Numbered from the stretch's first letter, positions 10,654-19,912 are shown. The stretch: 64,000 nt of DNA from Bdellovibrionales bacterium (GCA_965203095.1 OZ241877.1:32001-96000); one strand, 5' to 3'. The notes: generated by a model from the sequence alone, not told the origin. A program made the numbers and translations.

Positions 10654-11211
10654 TTATGAGAAAACTCTGGGTTTAAAGTTCTTTCTGTTTTGAACAAAAA
10701 CATCACCCACAGCCTCAATTACAAGAAAGCCCCTTTTTCTGGCTAAAATATCTGCTTGCCGGTTAGATTTTATTAAAAAGGCCACGGCCCCATAAATTGT
10801 TTTCCCCTCAAATTCCGGCCAATAAGTTTTAAATTTTTTTATGTTTTGTTCAAACTCTTTTACATCCGAAGGATCTAAGCTGGCTCTTACTTCCACAACC
10901 ACGACATCTTTTCCGTTAATGGCGACAATGTCAAACTCGGTATCAGCCCTTTTTATCCTGGTCATCACTCGATCCACTTCAAAACCTCTCTCCTTAAGCC
11001 TTTTAGCCAGATTCCCTTTCACTAAGTTTTCACCCAATCTCCCCCACTGGTTCCCGCTATCCCCCATATATTTATCCAATGTTTTTGCGGTTTTTTCCAC
11101 TTGTCGGTCTGTCTTTTGGCTACTGGCTGATAGCTCTTTAAGGTTTTTTTGTGTCTCCCGGACAAGCTTCCAGACTTCAGCCACTGTAGGATTTTTTGAT
11201 GATCGACTCAT
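10654..11211 (-). CDS. Coiled-coil + PD-(D/E)XK nuclease-like protein, paralog 1
   Basis: N-terminal heptad coil, WGRLGENLV, EFDIVAING..VVVVEVRA; RBS AGGAG. Confidence 0.7.
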   Translation of the reverse strand: MSRSSKNPTVAEVWKLVRETQKNLKELSASSQKTDRQVEKTAKTLDKYMGDSGNQWGRLGENLVKGNLAKRLKERGFEVDRVMTRIKRADTEFDIVAINGKDVVVVEVRASLDPSDVKEFEQNIKKFKTYWPEFEGKTIYGAVAFLIKSNRQADILARKRGFLVIEAVGDVFVQNRKNFKPRVFS

Positions 11212-11236
11212 TTTAACTCCTTATTAAAACCCGTGT

Positions 11237-11848
11237 TTATGAGAAAATTCTGGGTTTAAAGTTCTTTCTGTTTTGAACAAAAACATCACCCACAGCCTCA
11301 ATTACAAGAAAGCCCCTTTTTCTGGCTAAAATATCTGCTTGCCGGTTAGATTTTATTAAAAAAGCGACAGCCCCATAAATTGTTTTCCCCTTAAATTCCG
11401 GCCAATAAGTTTTAAATTTTTTTATGTTTTGCTCAAACTCCTTTACATCCGAAGGATCTAAGCTGGCTCTTACTTCCACAACCACGACATCTCTTCCGTT
11501 AATGGCGACAATGTCAAACTCAGTATCGGCCCTTTTTATCCTGGTCATCACTCGATCCACTTCAAAACCTCTCTCCTTAAGCCTTTTAGCCAGATTCCCT
11601 TTCACTAAGTTTTCACCCAATCTCCCCCATTGGTTCCCGCTATCCCCCATATATTTATCCAATGTTTTTGCGGTTTTTTCCACCTGTCGCTCTGTTCTTT
11701 GGCTACTGGCTCGCCATTCGGCGATATCTTTTGCACTTTTTTTGGCTAATTTATTGTGAAGGTCTGATATCTCTTTAATGTTTTTTTGTGTCTCCCGGAC
11801 AAGCTTCCAAGCTTCAGCCACTGTAGGATTTTTTGATGATCGACTCAT
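11237..11848 (-). CDS. Coiled-coil + PD-(D/E)XK nuclease-like protein, paralog 2
   Basis: Near-identical to 10654..11211 with an 18-aa longer coiled coil. Confidence 0.7.
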   Translation of the reverse strand: MSRSSKNPTVAEAWKLVRETQKNIKEISDLHNKLAKKSAKDIAEWRASSQRTERQVEKTAKTLDKYMGDSGNQWGRLGENLVKGNLAKRLKERGFEVDRVMTRIKRADTEFDIVAINGRDVVVVEVRASLDPSDVKEFEQNIKKFKTYWPEFKGKTIYGAVAFLIKSNRQADILARKRGFLVIEAVGDVFVQNRKNFKPRIFS

Positions 11849-12011
11849 TTTAACTCCTTATTTTTAGTTTGTGTCCATAAATACCCTTTATAGTTTAATG
11901 CATAATGGATTCCTCTATTCAGGCCATTATAACATAAGAATTTTAGATGGGCTATAGTTTTTTGCCGGTATCCGGCATTTTTGTTCAGCTGGCGAAAAAT
12001 CTTATTTTTAG

Positions 12012-12515
12012 TTTGCCTAAAGACCACCCCATTTTCTTTCGTGGGAAAAATACCTTGGACCATCACCGGGGGGCTTTGGGCAAAATGAAGATTAAAGGAT
12101 ATTTTCTCCTGAGCTTGTTAAAAAACACCTCTTTAAGTTTCTTTTTCCAAAGGCCATTTCATTTCGGGACGGCAATACCTTGGACCCTCATGAAATGGCC
12201 TTTGGAAAAAAGAAGGAAAAAGCCATTATTCTTTAGTTTTTTTGCTCAAAGATCCCCCCATTATCTGCTCTATTTTGCGGGAAAATACCTTGGCCCCTCA
12301 TGGAACAAAGTCATTAAGAGGATGCTTTTTTAGATCGATTTATTGTCTGTGAAAAACTTCTGTCTTTTATCGCATAAGCAAAAGCCAGCGGTGAGGGTCC
12401 AAGGTATTGCCGTCCCGAACAAGCTGGACTTTTGCTTATGCGATCTATTAAATGTAGACTTTTTCACAGAGGATTTTTTAGCAATTAGTAGGCTGGCTTT
12501 TGGGCAAAAGTGATT
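12012..12515. repeat. Cluster of four family-A hairpin units plus a half-arm
   Basis: TACCTTGG(A/C)CC core on the + strand near 12051, 12176 and 12286, and GGGTCCAAGGTA near 12395; three units are enclosed by long inverted arms and the 12286 unit is decayed; the last unit has TCTGTGAAAAA...TTTTTCACAGA ends (12346..12470). Confidence 0.85.
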
Positions 12516-12563
12516 AAAATGTAGCTTTTCCTGCTTTTTTTAAAGAAAAAGCCCTTTATGGGC

Positions 12564-12591
12564 TAAAGTTTGGGATCAAACCAGCCGATAG
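12564..12591 (+). promoter_or_regulatory. Putative sigma28 (FliA)-type promoter
   Basis: TAAAGTTT-N12-GCCGATAG, 10 nt before the ATG at 12602. Confidence 0.65.
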
Positions 12592-12601
12592 TCTTAATAT
12601 A

Positions 12602-13948
12602 ATGAGAAAAAAGTTTTTTTTATGGACAAAATCCTTTTTTTTTAAAACTTTGCGGGCTGTGGCTGTTGGGGCTGTGGCTGTTGGGGCTGTGGATAATATA
12701 CCTATGCCAGCACCACCAAAAGCAATAGCAGTAGCAGAATCAACAGGGGCGACGGGGACATGTGATGAGATTCTTCCAGCTGAAGTGGAGGCGGCAAGCA
12801 AAGGTCTAATGGATATGGGGGCTATGGCTATGGTGGGGCAAACCGCCAACACTGCGGTATCCGCTACTGAAGATGGAGGAGGTTCTGCCAAATTGGCTCA
12901 CCAAGGCAGTATGGCTATCAATGGGACTATGTCGGCTTATGCCTTATCTGTTTATGACAGTTGCACTTCCGCTTTCACCGCTTGTGAAACAGCTTGTGCG
13001 GTGGGAGAAGAGAAAGACGCTGTTCTTAGTAATTGTCCTAAAGAGGGTGCAGAAATTTGTTCTAAATATGGACCTGGAGAGACTCCTCCTTCTGACCTTA
13101 GTGTTGATTGTTCAAAGGTAAAAGCAAATTGTGAAGACCATAAAACAAAGATTTTAGCTCAATGCACAAGTGCCGCTGGGGCTTGCGATCAGGCTTTAAT
13201 ACAAGCGGGTTTATCTCTTGCCAATGTGGGAATATCCCTTATGGCTTTAAGAGCACTGAGAGGAGATGATGATGGAGGAGATGAATGTGAAGAAGGCGAA
13301 GACTGTCCGGATGAGAATACAACTCCTCTTCCTGATTTTAGGTCTTCCAGCCTTCCAACAGCTACTACAAACTCTCCCAACACTTCACCGGGAGAAGATG
13401 AGAAAAAAACTAATCAAGAATTTACTCCACCGGAAAAACCAGAAGAGAAAAAAACCACTGTGGCGAAAAAGGAGAAAGGGGAAAAATACAAACCCACTAA
13501 AGAAGGGACAGGAAGTGACAACACAATGGGTTTGGCCTCTGCACTTGGTGGGCAAAAGTCCGCTACTCCCTCAAATTCTGCTGGGGGCTTAGGTTCCTCT
13601 GGTTTGGGCCGAGGGCTTAGTTCTGCCTCTAATAATGATGGCGAGCCTTTAATGGATGATGAAGATGATGAGGACTGGAGACGAAATAACCCAGGAATAA
13701 CAGGTGCTTTTTCCGGAGGTCTGACATCTCAGCCCGCCAATGTTAGAGGAGGGGCAGGGGGCTTAGGGGGGCCTTCTCAAAGAGGAAAGTCGGGCAAAAA
13801 AAATAAAAACAAAAAATGGGCCCAAGCCTCCAAAAAGAAAGGGGATATTTTTGCTAAAGCCGGAGCACATAGCAGTATTTTTGAAAAAATGAGCCAGATC
13901 ATTCAATCTTATTGTGGCAAAGAAAAGGGGAATTGTAGCCAAAAATAA
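12602..13948 (+). CDS. Exported Cys-rich hypothetical protein with central hydrophobic helix and low-complexity tail
   Basis: N-terminal hydrophobic AVAVG repeats, many Cys, TM-like AGLSLANVGISLMAL, Gly/Ser/Lys-rich linker, C-terminal SIFEKMS. Confidence 0.7.
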   Translation: MRKKFFLWTKSFFFKTLRAVAVGAVAVGAVDNIPMPAPPKAIAVAESTGATGTCDEILPAEVEAASKGLMDMGAMAMVGQTANTAVSATEDGGGSAKLAHQGSMAINGTMSAYALSVYDSCTSAFTACETACAVGEEKDAVLSNCPKEGAEICSKYGPGETPPSDLSVDCSKVKANCEDHKTKILAQCTSAAGACDQALIQAGLSLANVGISLMALRALRGDDDGGDECEEGEDCPDENTTPLPDFRSSSLPTATTNSPNTSPGEDEKKTNQEFTPPEKPEEKKTTVAKKEKGEKYKPTKEGTGSDNTMGLASALGGQKSATPSNSAGGLGSSGLGRGLSSASNNDGEPLMDDEDDEDWRRNNPGITGAFSGGLTSQPANVRGGAGGLGGPSQRGKSGKKNKNKKWAQASKKKGDIFAKAGAHSSIFEKMSQIIQSYCGKEKGNCSQK

Positions 13949-14004
13949 AAGGATATGCTTTTTTTGGAAAAAAGGCATTTTTAATTAAAAAAAAGGAGGA
14001 CAAT

Positions 14005-15588
14005 ATGGGTAAAAAAACTTTTATTGGGATTTTTTTATTGAGCATGGTCTGTGCGGGATCCCCTTTATGGGCTTTGAGTCCTGATCTCGAAAGAGAAACA
14101 GCACATGCCACACGAATTGCTGAGGAAAGTATGGCAAGACTTAAAAGCGATTTGGACAATTGCCGGCACCGTTGCCAAAGCTCCTGCCGAAGAGATGATC
14201 CCAATGGAGATTGTTCACCAAAAAAATGTGATGAGATACAATGTAAAACTCAAAAAACCAACTATGACAATGCCTCTGGAAAAGGAGTGAGTGCTCAAAG
14301 TGCCACTATCGAGGATTCAAAAGCACAACAACAGGAAATCATCAACAGACATAATCAAACTCTTGAAGGGAGAAAAACCGCTTTAGAACAGTGCCGTTCT
14401 CGATGCAAATCCAACTGCCAACAAAGCAATGGGGACAATTGCACAGATGATTTTTGTGATAATGAACATTGTAGTGCTTTAAAACGAGAAGTTGATCATC
14501 AACAAGAACGGGTGAATACGGCCGAACAAGGTATGGCAGAACTGGACCGCACTGCAGGAGAATCTACAAATGGAGGCTCCTCCAGCCCCTTAGAGGAAGT
14601 TGGAAAAAAAGCCAGGGATATGGGCATTTATGCGGCCATTGGCGGGGCGGGAACAGCGGCATTTTCCGCCTGGGCCTATGTTGCTTGTGGATGTACCGGT
14701 GGTTGTTGGCAATGTCCTGTAGCTGTAGCCGCGGCCGCGGCCGCGGCCTGGCAAACAGTGAGTATGGTAAAAAAGGCAAAAGAATTAGGGGACATAGAAC
14801 AAACCCTGTGTGCAGAGGAAGAGGGATGCCCCCCGAAAGATCCCCCAGGGGTTCCCCAAGATCCCCATCTTTATCTTTGCGGATCTGCTCCTTGTCCGTC
14901 ACCAGAAGAACTGAAGGCACAATTCAGTTCTTCTGGTGGCTCTGGTAATGATCCAAATGAAAATGATCCTTCTGACATTAAAAAATTTACACCAAAAGAT
15001 GAGACGGATGCGTTTACAGGCAGTTCAACTTATAGAGATGTGACAGATGCATGGCCAGGAGGACTTCCGGGTTTTCCACAAGATCTGTTAGATCGTAAAA
15101 TTCCTCAAAATGAGGACGATTGGAAGAAGTTTCCTAAAAAATACAGACCCACTCCGGCAACTAAGAATAAAATGAAAAAAATGATGGCCCAGGTCAATAA
15201 AGACAACAAAGCCTTGTTAAATCAGCTGTCCACCGGGAATCCTTTTGATGAGGACGGGGAGTTGAAAGAATTAGGGGATATGGATGGAGCCAAAACAGCT
15301 CAATTTTCTGGAGGAAGTAGTTCTGCTGGCCCTTCTCGCCCTTTAGCCTCTACAGCCACTGGTGGGGCACAAAAAAAGAAAAAGAAAAACGCACTGGCGG
15401 AACAGATGAAAAAGATGCTCAATAAAATGTATGGAGAAGGAGGAAGTGGGAAAAAAGATCTTTCGGATAAATCCATTCAAGTGGGCACTGATATTGTGGG
15501 AGTGGCTGAGGACAATATTTTTATGATGGTCCATCGCCGGCACCGGAGCTTAGATGGTGAAAATCGCTTTATCAAGGAAATGTTTTAG
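14005..15588 (+). CDS. Exported Cys-rich hypothetical protein with duplicated 6-Cys module and Ala-rich hairpin
   Basis: Signal peptide, RBS AGGAGG, two CxxxCxxxC...C-x4-C-x4-C modules, hydrophobic hairpin, C-terminal DNIFMMVHRR. Confidence 0.75.
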   Translation: MGKKTFIGIFLLSMVCAGSPLWALSPDLERETAHATRIAEESMARLKSDLDNCRHRCQSSCRRDDPNGDCSPKKCDEIQCKTQKTNYDNASGKGVSAQSATIEDSKAQQQEIINRHNQTLEGRKTALEQCRSRCKSNCQQSNGDNCTDDFCDNEHCSALKREVDHQQERVNTAEQGMAELDRTAGESTNGGSSSPLEEVGKKARDMGIYAAIGGAGTAAFSAWAYVACGCTGGCWQCPVAVAAAAAAAWQTVSMVKKAKELGDIEQTLCAEEEGCPPKDPPGVPQDPHLYLCGSAPCPSPEELKAQFSSSGGSGNDPNENDPSDIKKFTPKDETDAFTGSSTYRDVTDAWPGGLPGFPQDLLDRKIPQNEDDWKKFPKKYRPTPATKNKMKKMMAQVNKDNKALLNQLSTGNPFDEDGELKELGDMDGAKTAQFSGGSSSAGPSRPLASTATGGAQKKKKKNALAEQMKKMLNKMYGEGGSGKKDLSDKSIQVGTDIVGVAEDNIFMMVHRRHRSLDGENRFIKEMF

Positions 15589-15617
15589 GCTTTGCCCAAC
15601 CCCTCCTCGGATTTTTT

Positions 15618-15640
15618 GATTCCTGCTTTTGCAGGAATAC
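15618..15640. repeat. Short palindrome ATTCCT-N8-AGGAAT (dRS3/REP-like)
   Basis: GATTCCTGCTTTTGCAGGAATAC just downstream of the 15588 stop; same geometry as the 45589 palindrome. Confidence 0.5.
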
Positions 15641-15641
15641 T

Positions 15642-15668
15642 TAAGCTTTAAAGAAGAAAATCCGATAA
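15642..15668 (+). promoter_or_regulatory. Putative sigma28-type promoter
   Basis: TAAGCTTT-N11-TCCGATAA, 7 nt before the ATG at 15676. Confidence 0.55.
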
Positions 15669-15675
15669 GATAATC

Positions 15676-16140
15676 ATGATGAAGCTTTGGTTTTTTCTCT
15701 CTTTTCTTTTTTGGACATCATCCTGCCAAGGGAATTTCTCTTTATCTCAATGGTTCGGCCAACTTAAGGATCAGGGCTTAACTTATTTTGCCTCAAGAGC
15801 GACTGAAAACAAACTCTCTGCCAAAGATCGACAAGAATTTTTGTATCTTTTTGGCGATTTGAGTTCTGCCAGCTCCTGCTCTCAGGTTCGTGCCTCTATA
15901 GAGGGCAATACCAGCCTTCAATTTTTTGAAAGGGAGTTTCACCTGCCCAAAGGTTTTTTATTTGATGAGTTTTTAGACTATGACTATGAAGAAGCCTTAC
16001 TGCAAGCTCAGCGAGAGCCTTCAGCTGAAGTGGCCTTTTCCTTAGTCAGTGTTTGGAAGACGGAGCTTTCCTTAGAAGAAATAGAGCCTATTATAAAAAA
16101 AGTCAGAATATGCTACCCAGACGAATATTTAGAAACTTGA
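15676..16140 (+). CDS. Hypothetical lipoprotein
   Basis: Hydrophobic N-terminus with lipobox-like TSSC. Confidence 0.6.
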   Translation: MMKLWFFLSFLFWTSSCQGNFSLSQWFGQLKDQGLTYFASRATENKLSAKDRQEFLYLFGDLSSASSCSQVRASIEGNTSLQFFEREFHLPKGFLFDEFLDYDYEEALLQAQREPSAEVAFSLVSVWKTELSLEEIEPIIKKVRICYPDEYLET

Positions 16141-16194
16141 AGTTTAATAGATCGAAAAATCCCTACTTGAGATAGCCTGCCCCCTCACACAAGG

Positions 16195-16752
16195 TTAACA
16201 AGGCTCAACCCCTTTGATTTCCGGCACAAACTGTCGCAAACGGGTTTCAATACCTTGTTTTAAAGTGAAAGTGGAGCTGGGGCAACCCGAACAGGCCCCC
16301 TTCAGCCTCAAAAACACAATTCCCTCTTTGTAGGAGACAAACTCAATTTGCCCCCCGTCCAAGGCCACTGCGGGCTGAATGTCCCGTTCTAAAATTTCTT
16401 TTATCTTTTGAGCCTCTAAGGAATCTGGAATAGTGGGTGGCTCTTTTTTGGCCTTATTCTCTTTAGGCCGGAGAACAAGCTCCCCACGATTTAAATGTTC
16501 CCGAATCAGATCGGATAAGGGATCACAAATCATATCCCATTCTAACCAATCCTCTTTTGTGACCGTCACAAAATCTTTACCTAAGAAAACCCTTTGGGCC
16601 CAGGGAAAGCCTAAAATTTTTTCCGCCAAGGGGGATCTTTGGGCTTGATCCCTTTCAGTAAATTCTAAAGCCTCATTGCTTATGGGCCGAGAGATAACAA
16701 ACTTCAAAGATTGAGGGTTGGGTGTTCTTTCATAAGTGACCTGAAAAGGCAT
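16195..16752 (-). CDS. NifU/Nfu-family Fe-S cluster scaffold protein
   Basis: TPNPQSLKF Nfu N-domain; IQPAVALDGG, LKGACSGCPSS, LKQGIE. Confidence 0.92.
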   Translation of the reverse strand: MPFQVTYERTPNPQSLKFVISRPISNEALEFTERDQAQRSPLAEKILGFPWAQRVFLGKDFVTVTKEDWLEWDMICDPLSDLIREHLNRGELVLRPKENKAKKEPPTIPDSLEAQKIKEILERDIQPAVALDGGQIEFVSYKEGIVFLRLKGACSGCPSSTFTLKQGIETRLRQFVPEIKGVEPC

Positions 16753-16789
16753 ATTTTTATTTTATACAAAAAAATAAAATAAGCAAAAA

Positions 16790-17155
16790 CTATTCTTTAG
16801 TTTTTATGCAGTCTTTGAGAAAATACTCTATGTCCTCAGCCCTGATGGCAAGGGCCATCTCATTGGCTTGAAGACGAATTTCTGCCTCTTCTATCTCTTC
16901 AGCTATTTGAATAATTTGTGCCTGATCTTTTGGCAGATTTTTTAAAAGCTCAGTGACTGTCTTCAAGGAGGCCCTTAAAGCCTGTTGGCTGAGCTGAATA
17001 TCTTGATAGTATCGGCTAAAGTGAGAGGGGATGTCTTGACAGGCTATCTCGGACTCCATATCAAAAAGATCTTCGCCCATAGCGGGAAGGCTTACAAACA
17101 AAGAAAAGATAATAAAGATTTTTTTTACAAACATTAGAAACTCCTTTAATGGCAA
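16790..17155 (-). CDS. Hypothetical exported helical protein
   Basis: Signal-peptide-like N-terminus; two Cys flank a coiled segment. Confidence 0.55.
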   Translation of the reverse strand: MPLKEFLMFVKKIFIIFSLFVSLPAMGEDLFDMESEIACQDIPSHFSRYYQDIQLSQQALRASLKTVTELLKNLPKDQAQIIQIAEEIEEAEIRLQANEMALAIRAEDIEYFLKDCIKTKE

Positions 17156-17296
17156 TGGCCTTGTCAGGAAGGGTTTTTGATTTTCAAGCTCAAGCTTTCT
17201 TCCCCAATGGCTATTATGTTTATACAGGATTTTTATGGAAAAATCAAGTATAGAGAGGGAAAGTGAAAATTTTTCACTTTTTCACAAAGGACTATT

Positions 17297-17488
17297 TAGT
17301 TGTCCGTGAAAAAGCCTCAGTAAGTCCTTCTCATCCCCTGCTTTTACAGGCTCAGGCTTTTCAATGACTTTTGCCTAAAGGCCGTCCGGTGATGGTCCAA
17401 GGTATTGCCGTCCCGAAATGGGACGGACCTTTAGGCAAAGAAACTGAAGAATCCCCTGTGAATTATAGAGGTTTTTCACGAGCGACTA
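17297..17488 (+). mobile_element. Full-length family-A MITE-like element (192 bp)
   Basis: Terminal inverted repeats TAGTTGTCCGTGAAAAA / TTTTTCACGAGCGACTA, central long hairpin with conserved loop; near-identical to 29852..30043. Confidence 0.85.
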
Positions 17489-17493
17489 TTTAG

Positions 17494-17547
17494 AATGAGG
17501 AAAATTTGTGGAAAAGAAGAGTCCCACAAAAATAAAAGAGCTTGACA
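17494..17547 (+). repeat. ~54-bp repeat ending in a -35 hexamer, upstream of icd
   Basis: 28-nt block AGAGTCCCACAAAAATAAAAGAGCTTGA is identical to the reverse complement of 29721..29748; ends in TTGACA. Confidence 0.7.
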
Positions 17548-17594
17548 TTCCCAATACTTCAAAGAATCTTTAAAATCCCAAAAAAGGAGGGGCT

Positions 17595-19034
17595 TTGTCT
17601 CAAAAAATCACTGTGGCTTATGGCGATGGCATTGGGCCTGAAATTATGGCTGTGGTTTTAAATATTCTCCACCGGGCCGGGGCGGATTTAAAAATAGATC
17701 AGGTGGAATTAGGAGAAAAGATCTACAAACAAGGCTATATGTCCGGCATCCGTCCAGAGGATTGGGCCCTTATTCGGAAAAACAAAGTTTTCCTTAAAGC
17801 CCCCGTCACCACCCCACAGGGGGGTGGTTTTAAAAGCCTTAATGTCAAGGTGAGAAAAAGCCTGGGGCTTTTTGCCAATGTTCGCCCCATTCGCTCCCTT
17901 TCCCCTTATGTGGGAACAAAATTTCCCGATATGGATGTGGTGATCATTCGTGAAAATGAAGAGGATCTTTACGCAGGTATTGAGCACAGGCAGACCCAGG
18001 AGGTTTTTCAATGTTTAAAGCTGATAAGCCTTTCCGGTTCTGAAAGAGTGGCTCGCTATGCTTTTGAGTATGCCCGGCAAAATGGCCGGAAAAAAATAAC
18101 TTGTATGACCAAAGACAACATTATGAAACTCACTGACGGCTCTTTTCGAAAAGTTTTTGAAAAAGTGGCCAAAGAATATCCGGACATATTGAGCGAACAT
18201 TGGATTATAGATATTGGTTCGGCCAAATTTGCCGTTCAACCAGAAGATTTTGATGTGATTCTTCTGCCCAATCTTTATGGGGATATTTTGAGCGATGTCT
18301 CTGCTCAACTGGCAGGCTCTGTAGGTATGGGCGGGTCCAGTAATATTGGAGAAAGCCATGCTATGTTTGAGGCCATCCATGGTTCTGCTCCCCGGAGGGC
18401 GGGCCAAAACATAGCTAACCCCAGCGGGCTGTTAAATGCCTCTTTGATCCTGCTCTGTCATATTGGCAAAAAAGATATTGCAGAAAAGATACATAAAGCA
18501 TGGCTTAGGACTCTTGAGGAGGGGATCCACACTTATGATATTTATAACTCTCAAAACAGCCGTCAAAAGGTGAGCACAAGCGACTTTGGGAAGGCCCTAA
18601 TGGAAAATTTAGGGGCTGAGCCTAAAAATCTTTCTTCAAATTTTAAAAAAGGGGCGGGAGGGCCTATCTCCATCTCCCCTATCCCCTCACCTCCTATAGA
18701 GGAAAAGCATTTGGACGGGGTGGATGTTTTTGTTTGTGAGTCGAGCAGGGATCCTGAGGCTTTAGCCCTCCGGTTAAAAAAAGCCAATTCTCATTCGGAT
18801 ATGGATCTGGCACAAATCACTAATAGAGGGATTAAGGTTTATCCCAATCCTTTTCCTGAAACTTTTTGTGTGGATCACTGGCGTTGCCGTTTTTTAAAAA
18901 ACCCATCCACTGCTTTAAAAACAAAACATATTCTCTCTTTGTTGAGGGATTTGGATCTGGCTCAAATAGAAGTTATCAAAACAGAAAATCTTTATTCTTT
19001 TTCCGGAAAAGCTCAATACTCTCAAATTGAATAA
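17595..19034 (+). CDS. icd: Isocitrate dehydrogenase (with C-terminal extension)
   Basis: GDGIGPEI, KAPVTTPQGGG, RENEEDLY, PNLYGDILSD, FEAIHGSAP; TTG start after AGGAGG. Confidence 0.93.
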   Translation: MSQKITVAYGDGIGPEIMAVVLNILHRAGADLKIDQVELGEKIYKQGYMSGIRPEDWALIRKNKVFLKAPVTTPQGGGFKSLNVKVRKSLGLFANVRPIRSLSPYVGTKFPDMDVVIIRENEEDLYAGIEHRQTQEVFQCLKLISLSGSERVARYAFEYARQNGRKKITCMTKDNIMKLTDGSFRKVFEKVAKEYPDILSEHWIIDIGSAKFAVQPEDFDVILLPNLYGDILSDVSAQLAGSVGMGGSSNIGESHAMFEAIHGSAPRRAGQNIANPSGLLNASLILLCHIGKKDIAEKIHKAWLRTLEEGIHTYDIYNSQNSRQKVSTSDFGKALMENLGAEPKNLSSNFKKGAGGPISISPIPSPPIEEKHLDGVDVFVCESSRDPEALALRLKKANSHSDMDLAQITNRGIKVYPNPFPETFCVDHWRCRFLKNPSTALKTKHILSLLRDLDLAQIEVIKTENLYSFSGKAQYSQIE

Positions 19035-19036
19035 TT

Positions 19037-19219
19037 TTATGAGGATTGGTTTTTATCTTTAAAAAACAGGCCCTTGTGATTTCTCCAATTTTTTTCCGGA
19101 CTTTTTTTATAAAGCTCTTGCCACTTTTTAAAAAATTGAGATCTGGAGTGCTCTATCTCCCCCTCTTTATTAAAAATGGGGTATTTTTTACCAAAAAGAA
19201 ATTCCATAATTTTTTTCAT
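19037..19219 (-). CDS. Small hypothetical protein
   Basis: 60-aa ORF in line with the upstream lipoprotein gene. Confidence 0.45.
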   Translation of the reverse strand: MKKIMEFLFGKKYPIFNKEGEIEHSRSQFFKKWQELYKKSPEKNWRNHKGLFFKDKNQSS

Positions 19220-19247
19220 ACTGCTGGTTTTTTACCTAAAACTATTT

Positions 19248-19799
19248 TTAAGTATAGCCTGTGCGAAACTCATGCCGGGCCTTTTCCTCCAGTTCTCTTT
19301 TAATATTGATTAAATCAGCTTTTAGATCTTTTTCAACATGCAAGGATATAGCCAAAAAAATTTTGGCCAGCCGATGGAGATGCTCATTACCCGCGTCCAT
19401 TAGATTGCTTGCTGTAGATTCTTTTTTTAAATCATTTAAGGCAGTCAAAATTTTTGAGCGGTCGCAGTTTGTAGGGTATGAGGACAAAAAAGCTTGTGAA
19501 AAGCCCTCCACAGCCTTTGTCAAATCGTCAAAAATGGGGGCATTAGGGCCTATTCTATCTTGCAGGAACTGGCTTAGGGCTGTTTGAACTGGGCCTATCG
19601 GAGGCAAATCTTTGGCTTGGCAAGGATTTTGCAGGGCCCCCTGCTTGGTGTAATTTGCAGAGGATTTGCCTTTATCCTGCCCCTTTGTGGCTGGACTCTT
19701 TTCCGTAGGAGTGATTTTTAAGGTTTTGCCTTTGTCCTTCTTTTCCGGAGAGCAGGCCACTGTCCCCAAAATAAAAGCCAATAAATAAAGCCACTTCAT
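19248..19799 (-). CDS. Hypothetical lipoprotein
   Basis: MKWLYLLAFILGTVAC lipobox. Confidence 0.7.
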   Translation of the reverse strand: MKWLYLLAFILGTVACSPEKKDKGKTLKITPTEKSPATKGQDKGKSSANYTKQGALQNPCQAKDLPPIGPVQTALSQFLQDRIGPNAPIFDDLTKAVEGFSQAFLSSYPTNCDRSKILTALNDLKKESTASNLMDAGNEHLHRLAKIFLAISLHVEKDLKADLINIKRELEEKARHEFRTGYT

Positions 19800-19853
19800 A
19801 AGGAAAACTCTATCTCACTTACAAGAGTTTTGTCAAACAGATCTTATGCTATA

Positions 19854-19912
19854 TAATCGCCTGTGAAAAGCCTCTGCGATCTATCAAATATAGACTTTTT
19901 CACGGATGATTA
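19854..19912. mobile_element. Minimal (internally deleted) family-A element, 59 bp
   Basis: TAATCGCCTGTGAAAAG...CTTTTTCACGGATGATTA flanked by TA; right half matches 12440..12470. Confidence 0.7.

Noticed and set aside
10506..10718. 71-aa N-terminal extension of the CCA enzyme
   Set aside because: It overlaps the upstream gene and a family-A remnant; the nucleotidyltransferase domain begins after MEKEF.
11964..11985. GCCGG-N3-CCGGC-ATTTTTG palindrome, also near 39132
   Set aside because: Only two short copies; could be terminators or repeat debris, so no function can be supported.
11845..12333. ORFs 11845..12066 and 11947..12333, and similar ORFs at 21379..21613 and 30078..30278
   Set aside because: Most translate the repeat element (recurring HFGTAIPWTLM peptide); the rest are short intergenic frames with no recognisable motif or RBS. 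Treated as non-coding.
12012..12470. CRISPR array (31-nt repeated core)
   Set aside because: Copies are in mixed orientation, ~110-125 bp apart or dispersed, separated by self-complementary arms rather than unique spacers; no cas genes in the window.
17297..17488. Integron attC sites (long hairpins with a bulged base)
   Set aside because: No RYYYAAC/GTTRRRY boxes, the loop is conserved rather than variable, copies do not follow cassette-like ORFs in one orientation, and there is no integrase.
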